Positions 37,668-47,646 of a DNA stretch of 64,000 nucleotides are shown piece by piece. Every line of letters starts with the position of its first letter. The first letter of the stretch is position 1. This DNA is from Ilumatobacteraceae bacterium (GTDB taxonomy: Bacteria; Actinomycetota; Acidimicrobiia; Acidimicrobiales; Ilumatobacteraceae): NCBI GenBank assembly GCA_963732335.1, contig CAVSZO010000067.1, forward strand, positions 1,288-65,287. Direction: 5' to 3'. Both the position numbers and the translations under genes were made by a program. The notes beneath the pieces were generated by a model. That model was given only the letters and a program-made list of their open reading frames with translations. It ran no database searches and had not been told where the DNA came from.

Positions 37668-39985
37668 CCGGCGCGGCGCGGTTCGTCGGTCAGTCGGTGC
37701 ATCGCAAGGAGGACCGCCGCCTGCTCACCGGTCACGGTCGGTACGTCGACGACGTGACGTTGCCCGGCATGCTCCACGCCGCGTTCCTCCGCAGCGAGGT
37801 GGCCAAGGCGACGATCACCCACCTCGACGCGACCGAGGCGCGGCAGCATCCGGGTGTCGTCGCCGTGCTGACGTGGCAGGACTTCGACGGCCGCTTCGGC
37901 GAGGCGTGGCACGCCATGCTCGGTGAGCAGCTCCAGGTCCCACCCCCGCTGGCGGTCGGCGACGTCCGCCACGTCGGCGACCCGATCGCCGTGGTCGTCG
38001 CGGAGAGCCGCTACGTCGCCGAGGACGCGTGCGAGCTGATCGAGCTCGACCTCGAGCCGGCCGACCCGGTCGTCGACTTCGCCACCGCCGCTCGTGACAC
38101 CGAGAGTGTGGTGCACGGCGCGTGGGGTCTGGCGTCCAACGCCATGGTCGAGGTTCCGTTCACGCCGATGTCTCCGGACCTCGACGACGCGTTCGCTGCG
38201 GCCCTGCACGTCGTCGAGTGCACGGTCCGCCAGCACCGCTACGTCTCAGTGCCGATGGAAGGCCGCGGCATCGTGGCCTCCTGGGCAGCCGGTCGCGACG
38301 AGCTCGACATCGTGTGCTCGTGCCAGGGCGTGCACGAGACGCGCAACTTCTTCGCCCGCTACCTGCAGATCCCGGAGGCATCGATCCGGGTCACGGCGCG
38401 CGACGTCGGTGGCGGTTTCGGGCAGAAGATGTTCGTCTTCCGTGAGGAATGCGCGATCGTGCTCGCGTCGAGGCTGCTCGGCCGGCCGGTCAAGTGGATC
38501 GAGGACCGGCGCGAGAACCTCGTCGCCGCCGGACACTCGCGCAACGAGCTGGGTACGGTGCGCCTGGCCATCGACGCCGATCAAGTGATCCAGGCCATCA
38601 CGATCGACCACACCGCCGATGTGGGCGCCTACCCTCCATGCCCGGCGATCATCGACCCCCAGCTGCTACCCGGTCCGTACAAGATCCCGCGCCTCGGCTT
38701 CGCGATGTCGATGGTGTGGACGAACACGATGGGCAAGACCGCGTACCGCGGGCCGTGGATGTTCGAGACGACCGCCAGGGAGATGGCGATCGACCACGCC
38801 GCCCGCACGCTCGGCATCGACCCCGTCGAGCTTCGGCGGGCGAACCTGCTGTCGTCCGCCGATCTGCCGTTCACGTCGCCGGGCGGGAAGCAGTTCGACG
38901 AGATCACGCCGTTGGAGACGATGGAGCAGGCGCTGGAGCTCCTCGACTACGACGCCTTCAGGAAGGAGCAGGCAGCGGCGCGGGACGAGGGTCGACTGCT
39001 CGGTCTGGGCATCAGCGTCTACGTCGAGCCGACGTCGATGAACGCGCCGACACTGGCGACCGAGGGGGCGACGGTGCGCGTCGAGGCGAGCGGAACCGTC
39101 GTCGTGCACATCGGCACGACGTCGCACGGCCAGAGCGTGGAGACGACGATGGCCCAGATCGTCGCCGACACGCTTGGCGTCGACTACGACGACGTCACCG
39201 TCGTCCAAGCCGACACGCAGTCGACGCCGTACGGCCCGGGCACGGGCGGCAGCCGCACCGCGGTCGTCGCCGGCGGGGCGGCCCGCGCTGCCACGCTCGC
39301 GGTCCGAGAGAAGGTCCTGGCCGTGGCCGCTCACGCGCTGGAGGCGGCGTCCGAGGACCTCGAGATCGAGGCTGGCGCGGTGTTCGTCACCGGCACGCCG
39401 GCGAGGTCGATCACGATGAAGGAGGTCGCCGCCGCTGCGTACCGCTTCGCCGATCAGTTGCCGGCTGAGCTCTCCGCCGGGCTGGAGGCCACCGTGCGGT
39501 TCCGACCGACTCGATTCCCGACGTGGTCCAACGCCACCCACCTGTGCGTTGTCGAGATCGACCGGGACACGTGCGTGCCAAGGGTCCTGCGCTACATCGT
39601 GTCCGAGGACTGCGGCCGGATGATCAACCCGACCGTCGTCGAGGGGCAGATCTTCGGCGGGGTCGTCCAGGGCCTGGGTGGGGTACTCCTCGAGGACTTC
39701 GTCTACGACGGCGACGGCAACCCACTGACGACGACGTTCATGGATTACTTGCTGCCGACGACGACCGAGGTGCCGGAGATCGAGATCGGGCACATCGAGA
39801 CGGACTCGTCGACGAACCCGGGCGGGTACAAAGGGATGGGCGAGGGTGGGGCGATCGGCGCTCACGCGGCCGTGGCCAACGCCGTCGGCGACGCGCTGGC
39901 GCCGCTCGGCATCGACGTCCTCGCCACACCCCTCGGCCCGAACGACATCCACCGTCTGATGGTCGCTGCGGGCGCGGCGACGTGA
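37664..39985 (+). CDS. Molybdenum hydroxylase large subunit (CoxL/xanthine dehydrogenase family; not form-I CODH)
   Basis: RKEDRRLL.G.G.YVDD, GGGFG.K, AYRGPW, GQ..GG, KGMGEGG. Confidence 0.92.
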   Translation: MTGAARFVGQSVHRKEDRRLLTGHGRYVDDVTLPGMLHAAFLRSEVAKATITHLDATEARQHPGVVAVLTWQDFDGRFGEAWHAMLGEQLQVPPPLAVGDVRHVGDPIAVVVAESRYVAEDACELIELDLEPADPVVDFATAARDTESVVHGAWGLASNAMVEVPFTPMSPDLDDAFAAALHVVECTVRQHRYVSVPMEGRGIVASWAAGRDELDIVCSCQGVHETRNFFARYLQIPEASIRVTARDVGGGFGQKMFVFREECAIVLASRLLGRPVKWIEDRRENLVAAGHSRNELGTVRLAIDADQVIQAITIDHTADVGAYPPCPAIIDPQLLPGPYKIPRLGFAMSMVWTNTMGKTAYRGPWMFETTAREMAIDHAARTLGIDPVELRRANLLSSADLPFTSPGGKQFDEITPLETMEQALELLDYDAFRKEQAAARDEGRLLGLGISVYVEPTSMNAPTLATEGATVRVEASGTVVVHIGTTSHGQSVETTMAQIVADTLGVDYDDVTVVQADTQSTPYGPGTGGSRTAVVAGGAARAATLAVREKVLAVAAHALEAASEDLEIEAGAVFVTGTPARSITMKEVAAAAYRFADQLPAELSAGLEATVRFRPTRFPTWSNATHLCVVEIDRDTCVPRVLRYIVSEDCGRMINPTVVEGQIFGGVVQGLGGVLLEDFVYDGDGNPLTTTFMDYLLPTTTEVPEIEIGHIETDSSTNPGGYKGMGEGGAIGAHAAVANAVGDALAPLGIDVLATPLGPNDIHRLMVAAGAAT

Positions 39986-40356
39986 AGGACGCGGAGAAGC
40001 TGGCCGTCGGCGAGGCGTATCGCGTGGCAACGGCGGCCAACGATGCCGAGGCGCTGCGGGCGATCCACGAACCTGACGCCATGACGTGGCACAACCTCGA
40101 CGGGCTGAGCGTCTCCGTCGACGACAGTGCACGGTCACTGGCGTGGCTGCACCGAACGGTCCCGGACCTCCGCCTCGACGACGTGTGCGTGACGCCGACA
40201 TCGGACGGGTTCGTCGTCCGCTGGACGATGGCCGGCACGGCCCCGGGCGGCCCGCTCCGGCTGCAGTCCTGCGTGGTGGTGGAGCTGTCTCCGGCGGGGA
40301 AGGTGGCGCGGGCCAGCGAGTACCTCGACTCCGCCCAGCTCGCCGTCCTCCGCTGA
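39982..40356 (+). CDS. SnoaL/ketosteroid-isomerase-like protein
   Basis: PDAMTWHN.D..GFV..EYLDSAQ. Confidence 0.8.
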   Translation: MKDAEKLAVGEAYRVATAANDAEALRAIHEPDAMTWHNLDGLSVSVDDSARSLAWLHRTVPDLRLDDVCVTPTSDGFVVRWTMAGTAPGGPLRLQSCVVVELSPAGKVARASEYLDSAQLAVLR

Positions 40357-40431
40357 TCTGGGCGGGATTCTCGCCACACCGCCTTCCGGGCGGGAATCTC
40401 GCCGGCTGTTGTCGAAGATCCCGCCCACATC
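40355..40431. repeat. REP-like element/hairpin between convergent genes
   Basis: GATCTGGGCGGGAT...ATCCCGCCCACATC plus an internal third copy GGGCGGGAATCTCGCC. Confidence 0.6.
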
Positions 40432-40438
40432 GGTCAGA

Positions 40439-41194
40439 TCAGCGCAGGATGCAACGTCCGCCGTCCAGCATCAGCGTGGCACCGGTGAGGTACGACAGGT
40501 CGTCGCTGGCGAGTGCGACGCAGGCACGGCCGATGTCCTCCTCGCTGCGGCCGAATCGCCCGAGAGGTGACTCCCGCTGGAAGCGCTCGAGGTGCTCCGG
40601 ATGGGCTGCGAAGAAGGCCTCGCTGGCGGGCGAGTCGGCCGCCGGGCAGACCACGTTCACGGTGATCCCGTACCTGCCCCATTCGCGGGCCGCCACCTTG
40701 GTGAGCCCGCGGATCGCCTCCTTCGCCATCGCGTAGGCGCCGAATCCGGTGTCGCCTTGCACGGCGGTGGACGAGCCGAGGTTGATGATCACGCCTCCGT
40801 GCTGGCGCATGTGGGGCAGGCACGCCTGCATGCAGCGAAGCGTTGCGATCGGGCCGCTCTCCATCGTCCGGGCGACGTCGGCATCGGTGATCGTCTCGAT
40901 CCGACCCTGCGTCGACGACTGCGCGTTGTTGACGAGGATGTCGACGGTCCCGAAGGAGTCCGCCGTCGTGTCGACGAGTGCCTCGATGTCACCACGATCC
41001 GTCACGTCGCATCGAACCGGGAGCGCGACACCGCCGCGCTCGGCGATCTCCTTGGCGACTGCCTCCACCTTGGCGAGCGTGCGTCCAGCGATCACGACGC
41101 GTGCGTCCTCGGTCGCCAGTGCGAGAGCGATGCCGCGCCCGACCCCCTGACCAGCGCCGGTCACGATCGCCACCTTGCCGTCGAGCCGTCGCAT
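40439..41194 (-). CDS. SDR family oxidoreductase
   Basis: TGAGQGVG, NNAQ, YAMAK; TAGGCT -10 box 7 nt before the ATG. Confidence 0.92.
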   Translation of the reverse strand: MRRLDGKVAIVTGAGQGVGRGIALALATEDARVVIAGRTLAKVEAVAKEIAERGGVALPVRCDVTDRGDIEALVDTTADSFGTVDILVNNAQSSTQGRIETITDADVARTMESGPIATLRCMQACLPHMRQHGGVIINLGSSTAVQGDTGFGAYAMAKEAIRGLTKVAAREWGRYGITVNVVCPAADSPASEAFFAAHPEHLERFQRESPLGRFGRSEEDIGRACVALASDDLSYLTGATLMLDGGRCILR

Positions 41195-41230
41195 TCTCTT
41201 CAGCCTAAATCGCTAACTATGTAGAATCAA

Positions 41231-42120
41231 GTGACTGTATCTGCTACGCTCACTGTCGTGCCGGAGACCGGGGGCTGGAGGCCGGAGCTCGTGTTGTGCA
41301 ACGTGTCGATGGCGACCGTTGCCTTCGCCGACTTCGTCGAGGCCGCGGCCTCCGCCGGGTTCGATGCGATCTCGCTGCTCGGGCGGTCGCACCGTCGCGC
41401 GACGCAGCGTGATGGCCTTTCCGGTCGCACGATGCGCCGGCTCGTGGACGACCACGGCCTCGTCGTCACCGACCTCGAGGCGGTGGGCGACTGGCTCGGG
41501 CCACCGCCCGACGACCAGCCGCCCTTCCTCCACCACGTCTACCCGACGGAGACGTACCTCGACATCGCTGCAGAGCTCGGAGCCCGCACGGTCGTCGCCG
41601 TGCACTTCGGTGTTCCGGCCCCGATCGACCTGGCCGCGGAACGCTTCGCAGCGCTGTGCGACGCCGCGCTCGACGCGCGCCCTGCGAGTCGCGCTCGAGT
41701 TCCCCGCGTTCGCCACCATCGCCGACATCTCGACCGCATGGGAGGTCGTGCGCCTCGCCGATCGGCCGAACGCCGGGATCGTGCTCGACCTCTGGCATCA
41801 CCGCCGGGGCGGCAACGACGACGATGCCCTCCGTAGGGTCGATGCTGCCCGGGTCTACTCGGTGCAACTCTCCGACGCCTCCGCCGACCCGATCGGGCCG
41901 CCGCTGGAGGACGTGACACATCGTCGCCTGCCCGGTGAAGGCGCGCTCGGCGTCGTCGATCACGTACGCACGCTCGACGAACTCGGCGTCCGCGCACCGA
42001 TCGGCATCGAGGTCTTCGACGCAGCGCTCCTGGCCACCGGGCCGGCGGAGGCGGCTCGACATCTGGGCGATTCGCTGCGCCGTGTCGTCGAGCGCGGCGC
42101 TCGCGGGAAACGCAACCACA
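41231..42120 (+). CDS. Sugar-phosphate isomerase/epimerase (AP endonuclease 2 TIM barrel); frameshift near 41680, no stop before the next gene
   Basis: ALEF..VLDLWH..VQLSD..RRLPGEG..IEVF. Confidence 0.78.
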
Positions 42121-42131
42121 GGAGGTCGCAC

Positions 42132-43016
42132 GTGCGGCTGAAGGACAAGGTCATCGCCATCACCGGATCTGGATCCGGGCTCGGCAGGGAGTGCGCGCTG
42201 CTGTTCGCCGCTGAGGGCGCCGACGTCGTCACGAGCGACATCGTCACCGGACGCGCCCAGGCTGTCGCCAAAGAGGTCGAGGCGGCCGCTGGGCATGCTG
42301 TCGGCATCGACGCCGACGTGCGGTCGGAGGCGGACATCGAGCGTCTCGTGCAGACGGCGCTCGACTCGTTCGGGCGCATCGACGTGATGTTCGCCAACGC
42401 CGGCATCCCGGAGCCCGGCTTCGGCGCCGGCAGGTTGGAGGACCTCACGCTCGACGACTGGAACAACATCCTGGCCACCAACCTCACCGGCATCTTCCTG
42501 GCGTTCAAGCACGCTGCGCGGACGATGATGTCGCGAGGCGTAGGCGGCACCCTCCTCGCCACCACCTCGGCCGCAGCCTTCAACGCCTACACCGGCTTTC
42601 CCGCCTACGCCGCGAGCAAGGCAGGAGGGAACGGCTTCATCCGGGCGGCGGCGCTGGAGTGGGGCAAGTACGGGATCCGCGTCAACGCGCTGTGCCCGAC
42701 GCACGGGATGTCGATCAACTTCGCCATGCCGCCCGACGCCGACGTGCTCGGCAAGTCGTACGAGGAGATGGCGCCCTGGGACCCGAGCAAGCGGGCCATG
42801 CCGCTCAAGCTCGATCGCCCACCGACGCTGCGCGACAACGCCAACCTGGCGCTGTTCCTGGCATCCGACGAATCGGCGTACATGTCGGGCCAGTGCATCC
42901 AGGCAACCGACGGCGGCTCGTTCGCCCGCACGTCGATCATCCTGCCGGCCGACCTGGCCGGCGACGACGCTCCCGGCGCCGTCCTGCCGCCCGACCTCCA
43001 GCAACAGGTGCAGTAG
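42132..43016 (+). CDS. SDR family oxidoreductase
   Basis: TGSGSGLG, ANAG, YAASK; SD GGAGG before the GTG. Confidence 0.9.
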   Translation: MRLKDKVIAITGSGSGLGRECALLFAAEGADVVTSDIVTGRAQAVAKEVEAAAGHAVGIDADVRSEADIERLVQTALDSFGRIDVMFANAGIPEPGFGAGRLEDLTLDDWNNILATNLTGIFLAFKHAARTMMSRGVGGTLLATTSAAAFNAYTGFPAYAASKAGGNGFIRAAALEWGKYGIRVNALCPTHGMSINFAMPPDADVLGKSYEEMAPWDPSKRAMPLKLDRPPTLRDNANLALFLASDESAYMSGQCIQATDGGSFARTSIILPADLAGDDAPGAVLPPDLQQQVQ

Positions 43017-43019
43017 GCG

Positions 43020-43913
43020 ATGCAGCTCGACGGCCGCGTCGCCTTCGTCACGGGCGCGGCCCGCGGCCAGGGGCGCAGCCATGCACTGCGCCTCGCCGCC
43101 GCGGGCGCCGACATCGTCGCCGTCGACATCTGCGGTGAAGCGGTGCCCGTCGGCTACGCCGTGGCGACGCCTGAGGACCTCGCCGAGACGGCCCGGTTGG
43201 TGGAGCAGAAGGGGCGCCGGATCATCGCCCGACAGGGAGATGTACGCAGCCAGGGCGACCTCGACGCCGCAGTCGCGGCCGGTGTCGACGAGTTCGGTGG
43301 GCTCGACATCGTGGTCGCCAATGCCGGCGTCGTCACGTGGGACCGCTTCTGGGAGATGCCGGAGGCGAAGTGGCAGGCGATGCTGGACATCAACCTGAGC
43401 GGCGTGTGGCGGACGTTCAAGGCCGCCGCCCCGGTGCTCATCGAACAGGGCCGCGGCGGCTCGATGATCGCCATCAGCTCCGTCGCCGGCCTGAAGTCAC
43501 TCCCCGCCCAGTCGCACTACAGCGCCGCCAAACACGGGATCGTCGGCCTCACCAAGTCGGCAGCCATCGAGCTGGGCCCATTCGGCATCCGGGTCAACTC
43601 GATCCATCCCTGGGGTGTGGACACGCCGATGGCCCACGACCCAGCGGTGATGGAGCTGCTGGAGCAGCATCCGACCTACCTGGCGTCCTACGGGTCGATT
43701 CTCGCCGATCCGCGCATCGCCGATCCGAGCGACATTTCGGAGGCGGTCGTGTGGCTCGCCTCAGATGCCTCGCGTGCCGTCACGGGCATCCAGCTCCCCA
43801 TCGACATGGGAGCGACGACGGTCGTGCTTCCGAGCTCGCCGCCGCCGCTTCGCAGCGGAATCGATCTGTCTACGCATTGCAAGGCCGAATCGTCTGTATT
43901 ATTGAACTTGTGA
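43020..43913 (+). CDS. Mycofactocin-coupled SDR (TIGR03971-like); C-terminus probably over-extended
   Basis: TGAARGQGRSHA..DIVAVDIC..YAVATPEDLAET insertion; HYSAAKHG. Confidence 0.85.
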   Translation: MQLDGRVAFVTGAARGQGRSHALRLAAAGADIVAVDICGEAVPVGYAVATPEDLAETARLVEQKGRRIIARQGDVRSQGDLDAAVAAGVDEFGGLDIVVANAGVVTWDRFWEMPEAKWQAMLDINLSGVWRTFKAAAPVLIEQGRGGSMIAISSVAGLKSLPAQSHYSAAKHGIVGLTKSAAIELGPFGIRVNSIHPWGVDTPMAHDPAVMELLEQHPTYLASYGSILADPRIADPSDISEAVVWLASDASRAVTGIQLPIDMGATTVVLPSSPPPLRSGIDLSTHCKAESSVLLNL

Positions 43914-45100
43914 ACGTGTTGGACTACCAGATCTTCGACTGCGACACCCACTGTTACGAACCGCGTGATGCGTTCACTCGGTACCTCCCGAGCGAGTTCC
44001 ACGACCGGGCGATCACGCCGGTTCGCAATGCGCTCGGCAACGAAGTCGTGCTCGCCGGCAACCGGATCGCCACGTTCAACAGTGAGCAGGGCCTCGGGTT
44101 CGACCACGCCTACAAGCCCGGCACCCTCAAGGAGATGCTCAAGCAGATGGCCTCGGGCGACCCGGACGAGGCCTACCAGCCCGAGCCGATGCGCCCCGAG
44201 TTCGTCGAGCGTGAGCCTCGCCTCGCCGTGCTCGAGCAACAGGGTGTGGGCAAGTGCGTGCTCTTCCCGGCCGGTATGGCGCTCGCCGCTGAGCACTACG
44301 TGGCCGACACCGAGGCGCTCTACGCCAACCTCTTCTCGTTCAACCGGTGGTACGACGAGACGTGGGGGTTCGACTACGACGACCGGTTGTTCTCCACCGC
44401 ACTCCTGTCCCTGCGTGACCTCGACAAGGCTGTCGAACTCACGGACTTCGTGCTCGAGCGAGGGGCGCGGGTAGTACTGCTGCCGACCGGACCTGCATAC
44501 GGCCGTTCGCCGGGCGACCCATACTTCGACCCGGTGTGGTCGCGCCTGAACGAAGCCAAGGTCACGGTCGCCTTCCACATCATGCCGTACTGGTACTTCG
44601 ACGCCATCTCGCCGGCGTGGGGCCACAACCCCGACCCGGCCTCGTGGCACATGTCGGCGTGGCAGTGGAACAACGTCTACGGCGAGCGCCCGATCGAGGA
44701 CACGCTGTCGGCGATCATCTTCGACAACGTCTTCGGCCGCCACCCCGACCTGATGTGCCTGGTGGCCGAGCACGGCGCCGAGTGGGTGCCTCACTTCGTC
44801 CGGCACATGGACAAGAGCCGCGGGATGGGACGCAACGGGCCGTGGATCGGCGGCAAGCTCACCGAGCGTCCGTCGGAGATCTTCCGCCGCCACGTGCGCG
44901 TCGCCCCGTACCCGGAGGACGACATCCCGTGGATCGTCGAGAACCTCGGTCACGTCGACTCGATCGTGATGGGTTCGGACTTCCCCCATGCCGAGGGCCT
45001 GGCCGAGCCAGCCGACTTCGCCAAGCTGCTCGACCCGCTCGACGAGACCACGCAGCGACGGATCATGCGTGACAACGCGGAGGCGCTGTTCGCCCGATGA
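43910..45100 (+). CDS. Amidohydrolase_2 family TIM-barrel protein
   Basis: FDCDTHCYE, FH, AEHG, GSDFPHAEG, RDNA. Confidence 0.88.
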   Translation: MNVLDYQIFDCDTHCYEPRDAFTRYLPSEFHDRAITPVRNALGNEVVLAGNRIATFNSEQGLGFDHAYKPGTLKEMLKQMASGDPDEAYQPEPMRPEFVEREPRLAVLEQQGVGKCVLFPAGMALAAEHYVADTEALYANLFSFNRWYDETWGFDYDDRLFSTALLSLRDLDKAVELTDFVLERGARVVLLPTGPAYGRSPGDPYFDPVWSRLNEAKVTVAFHIMPYWYFDAISPAWGHNPDPASWHMSAWQWNNVYGERPIEDTLSAIIFDNVFGRHPDLMCLVAEHGAEWVPHFVRHMDKSRGMGRNGPWIGGKLTERPSEIFRRHVRVAPYPEDDIPWIVENLGHVDSIVMGSDFPHAEGLAEPADFAKLLDPLDETTQRRIMRDNAEALFAR

Positions 45101-46323
45101 TGGCAGCGGGGATGGACCCGCGGCACTCGTCAGACGCCGAGCTGTTCCGCAAGCGGGTCCGGCAGTTCCTCGACGAGCACCTACCGCCGAACTGGGCGGG
45201 CCTCGGCGCGATCGCCGACAGGGGCGAAGCCGACCGTTTCGTCGAGCAGTGGCGTGCCACGCTGGCGGCCAACGGGTTGCTGGGGGTCTCGTGGCCGACG
45301 GAGTACGGCGGAGCCGGGCTCAGCCGGCGCGAGCAGGTCGTGCTGGTGGAGGAGCTCGCCCGTGCCGGCGTCCCGGCCATGGGATACAACGACACGTTCG
45401 GGATCAAGATGCTCGGCGGCACGCTGCTGCGGTGGGGCACCGAGGCGCAGAAGCGGCGGTTCCTGCCGCGGATCCTCAGCGGTGACGACCGCTGGTGCCA
45501 GGGCTTCTCCGAACCGGGGTCCGGGAGCGACCTCGCCTCGCTGTCCACTCGCGCCGTGCTCGACGGCGAGCAGTGGGTGATCGACGGCCAGAAGGTGTGG
45601 ACGTCCCGGGCGCGCGAGGCGAACTGGATGTTCCTGCTCGCCCGCACCAACCGAGACGTGCGCAAGCACGCCGGCATCACGTTCCTGCTCGTCGACATGC
45701 GGCAGCCCGGCGTCGAGGTCCGCCCGATCCGCGCCCTCTCCGGGGAGAGCGAGTTCAACGAGGTGTTCCTCACCGGGGCGACGACACCGGCCGACCACGT
45801 CGTCGGCGAGATCGACGGGGGCTGGGCCGTGGCGAGCACCCTGCTCGGGCTGGAACGAGGCGAGGAGGCGGCGACCAACCCGATCCTGTTCCGCGCCGAA
45901 CTGGACCGCCTCGTCGCGCTGGCACAGGAGCGTGGTCACGCCGCCGACACGGTCGTCCGTCAGCGATTGGCCGATGCCCACGTTCGTTGCGAGATCATGC
46001 GGTTCCTCGGGTTGCGCATCCTCACCGGCGTGCTCAACGGCGACGGGACCGTCGGCCCGGAGGCCTCGATCTCCAAGCTCTACTGGAGCGAGTACCACCG
46101 CGTGACCACCGAGCTGGCGCTCGACGTCCTCGGCGCCGACGCCTTGACCATCGACGGGCGTGGCCCGCTGCGCGCCTACCGCACCGACGACCCGGGAGCA
46201 GCGAACACGACCGGTTCGTGGCTCGGCGCGTTCTACAACGCCACGGCGGGCACGATCTACGCCGGCACATCGGAGGTGCAGCGCAACATCATCGGCGAGA
46301 GCGTGCTCGGCCTACCGCGCTAG
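45097..46323 (+). CDS. Acyl-CoA dehydrogenase
   Basis: WCQGFSEPGSGSDLA, IYAGTSEVQRNI. Confidence 0.93.
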   Translation: MMAAGMDPRHSSDAELFRKRVRQFLDEHLPPNWAGLGAIADRGEADRFVEQWRATLAANGLLGVSWPTEYGGAGLSRREQVVLVEELARAGVPAMGYNDTFGIKMLGGTLLRWGTEAQKRRFLPRILSGDDRWCQGFSEPGSGSDLASLSTRAVLDGEQWVIDGQKVWTSRAREANWMFLLARTNRDVRKHAGITFLLVDMRQPGVEVRPIRALSGESEFNEVFLTGATTPADHVVGEIDGGWAVASTLLGLERGEEAATNPILFRAELDRLVALAQERGHAADTVVRQRLADAHVRCEIMRFLGLRILTGVLNGDGTVGPEASISKLYWSEYHRVTTELALDVLGADALTIDGRGPLRAYRTDDPGAANTTGSWLGAFYNATAGTIYAGTSEVQRNIIGESVLGLPR

Positions 46324-46770
46324 CTCCGGCCGCTCGCCCGACACGCTGACGCTGACCAACCCCTGGGCGAGCGGCTTCTCGGTGACGTCGCTGTACACGC
46401 TGACCTCGGCGAAGTTGACCTGGCGGCCCCGTCGCGTGCACCGCGCCCGCGCCAGTGCTCCTTCGCCCGGCGCAACGGAGAAGTACTGCACGGCGAGGGA
46501 GATGGTGGTGATGCGGCTGCCGAGGTTGAAGTCGTGGCCGGCGGCGACGGCGCCGCAGCCAGCCGTGTCGATCAGCGCCGAGATGACGCCACCGTGGAAG
46601 ATGCCCGTGTGCGCGCTGAGGTGGTCGGCGAACGGCAGGTGCATCTCGATGCCGTCGGGATCCCATCGCCGGACCGTCATCCCGCAGTGGGCGTTGAACG
46701 CCACGCCGTGCTGCCAGTGCTCGCGGAACCACACCCGCCGACGAGCTTGATCGTCGTCCGACAGAGCCAC
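46312..46770 (-). CDS. PaaI-family hot-dog thioesterase
   Basis: FHGGVISALIDTA..TISLAVQY. Confidence 0.88.
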   Translation of the reverse strand: MALSDDDQARRRVWFREHWQHGVAFNAHCGMTVRRWDPDGIEMHLPFADHLSAHTGIFHGGVISALIDTAGCGAVAAGHDFNLGSRITTISLAVQYFSVAPGEGALARARCTRRGRQVNFAEVSVYSDVTEKPLAQGLVSVSVSGERPELAR

Positions 46771-46846
46771 GTTGCGCCTCCTATGAATGGTTCACTGATG
46801 TGGCGGATCCAGCGACATCGCGGCCGTGCCGCGTAGGCTTGGTGCG

Positions 46847-47587
46847 ATGCAGGCCTTCGTCGACCCCGCTACGTCCGTCCGAGTTCCCAAGACGGCCGAG
46901 CTCGTCGCCGCTCACATCCGCCGTCGAATCGTCCGTGGCGAGCTGCGGGAGGGTGACGCCCTCCCGCCCGAGAGCGTGCTGATGGACGAGTTCGCGATCA
47001 GCAGGCCGACCCTGCGCGAGGCCTTCCGGATCCTCGAGTCCGAGGGTCTGATCACGGTTCGCCGCGGCGCCCGTGGGGGCGCTCGCGTGCAGATCCCGAC
47101 CAGCGAGGTCGCCGCCCGATATGCCGGCCTCGTGCTGCAGCACCGCGGCACGACGCTGGCCGACGTGCTCGACGCCCGGGTCATCGTCGAGGCACCCGCC
47201 GCCGGCATCGTCGCGGGTCGCCGCGATCGCGCCAAGGCGGCGGCCGAGCTGCGGCGCTGGCTGGAGGAGCATCCCGCGGAGGACGCCCCGCAGTTCCACG
47301 GCTTCAACCGCCTGCTCGTCCAGCTGACGGGGAACGAGACACTGATCTTGCTGACAACCATGCTCGAGGCGATCTCCGACGCGGTCACGGCGAGCTACCG
47401 CAGGGTCCCCCACGACGACGACGCCCGCCTGATCCGCAAGGCCGAGCGCACTCGCGAGAAGCTGATCGAGCTGATCGAGTCCGGCGACGAGGTCGGCGCC
47501 GAGGAGCTCTGGCGCAAGCACCTCACGGAGGCTGGCAAGGTTCTCATCGGCTCCAACGGCCAGACGTTGGTCGACGTCTTGAGTTGA
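46847..47587 (+). CDS. GntR/FadR family regulator
   Basis: PKTAELVA..GDALPPE..ISRPTLREAFRILE..GARGG; TAGGCT -10 box 7 nt before the ATG. Confidence 0.92.
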   Translation: MQAFVDPATSVRVPKTAELVAAHIRRRIVRGELREGDALPPESVLMDEFAISRPTLREAFRILESEGLITVRRGARGGARVQIPTSEVAARYAGLVLQHRGTTLADVLDARVIVEAPAAGIVAGRRDRAKAAAELRRWLEEHPAEDAPQFHGFNRLLVQLTGNETLILLTTMLEAISDAVTASYRRVPHDDDARLIRKAERTREKLIELIESGDEVGAEELWRKHLTEAGKVLIGSNGQTLVDVLS

Positions 47588-47646
47588 CACGCCATCATCT
47601 TATATAGTTCAACAAATCAGATGTTGGACGATTCTAGGACGCGTCG

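Noticed and set aside
36339-39985. Aerobic CO dehydrogenase
   Set aside because: It lacks the AYxCSFR Cu-binding motif and cox accessory genes.
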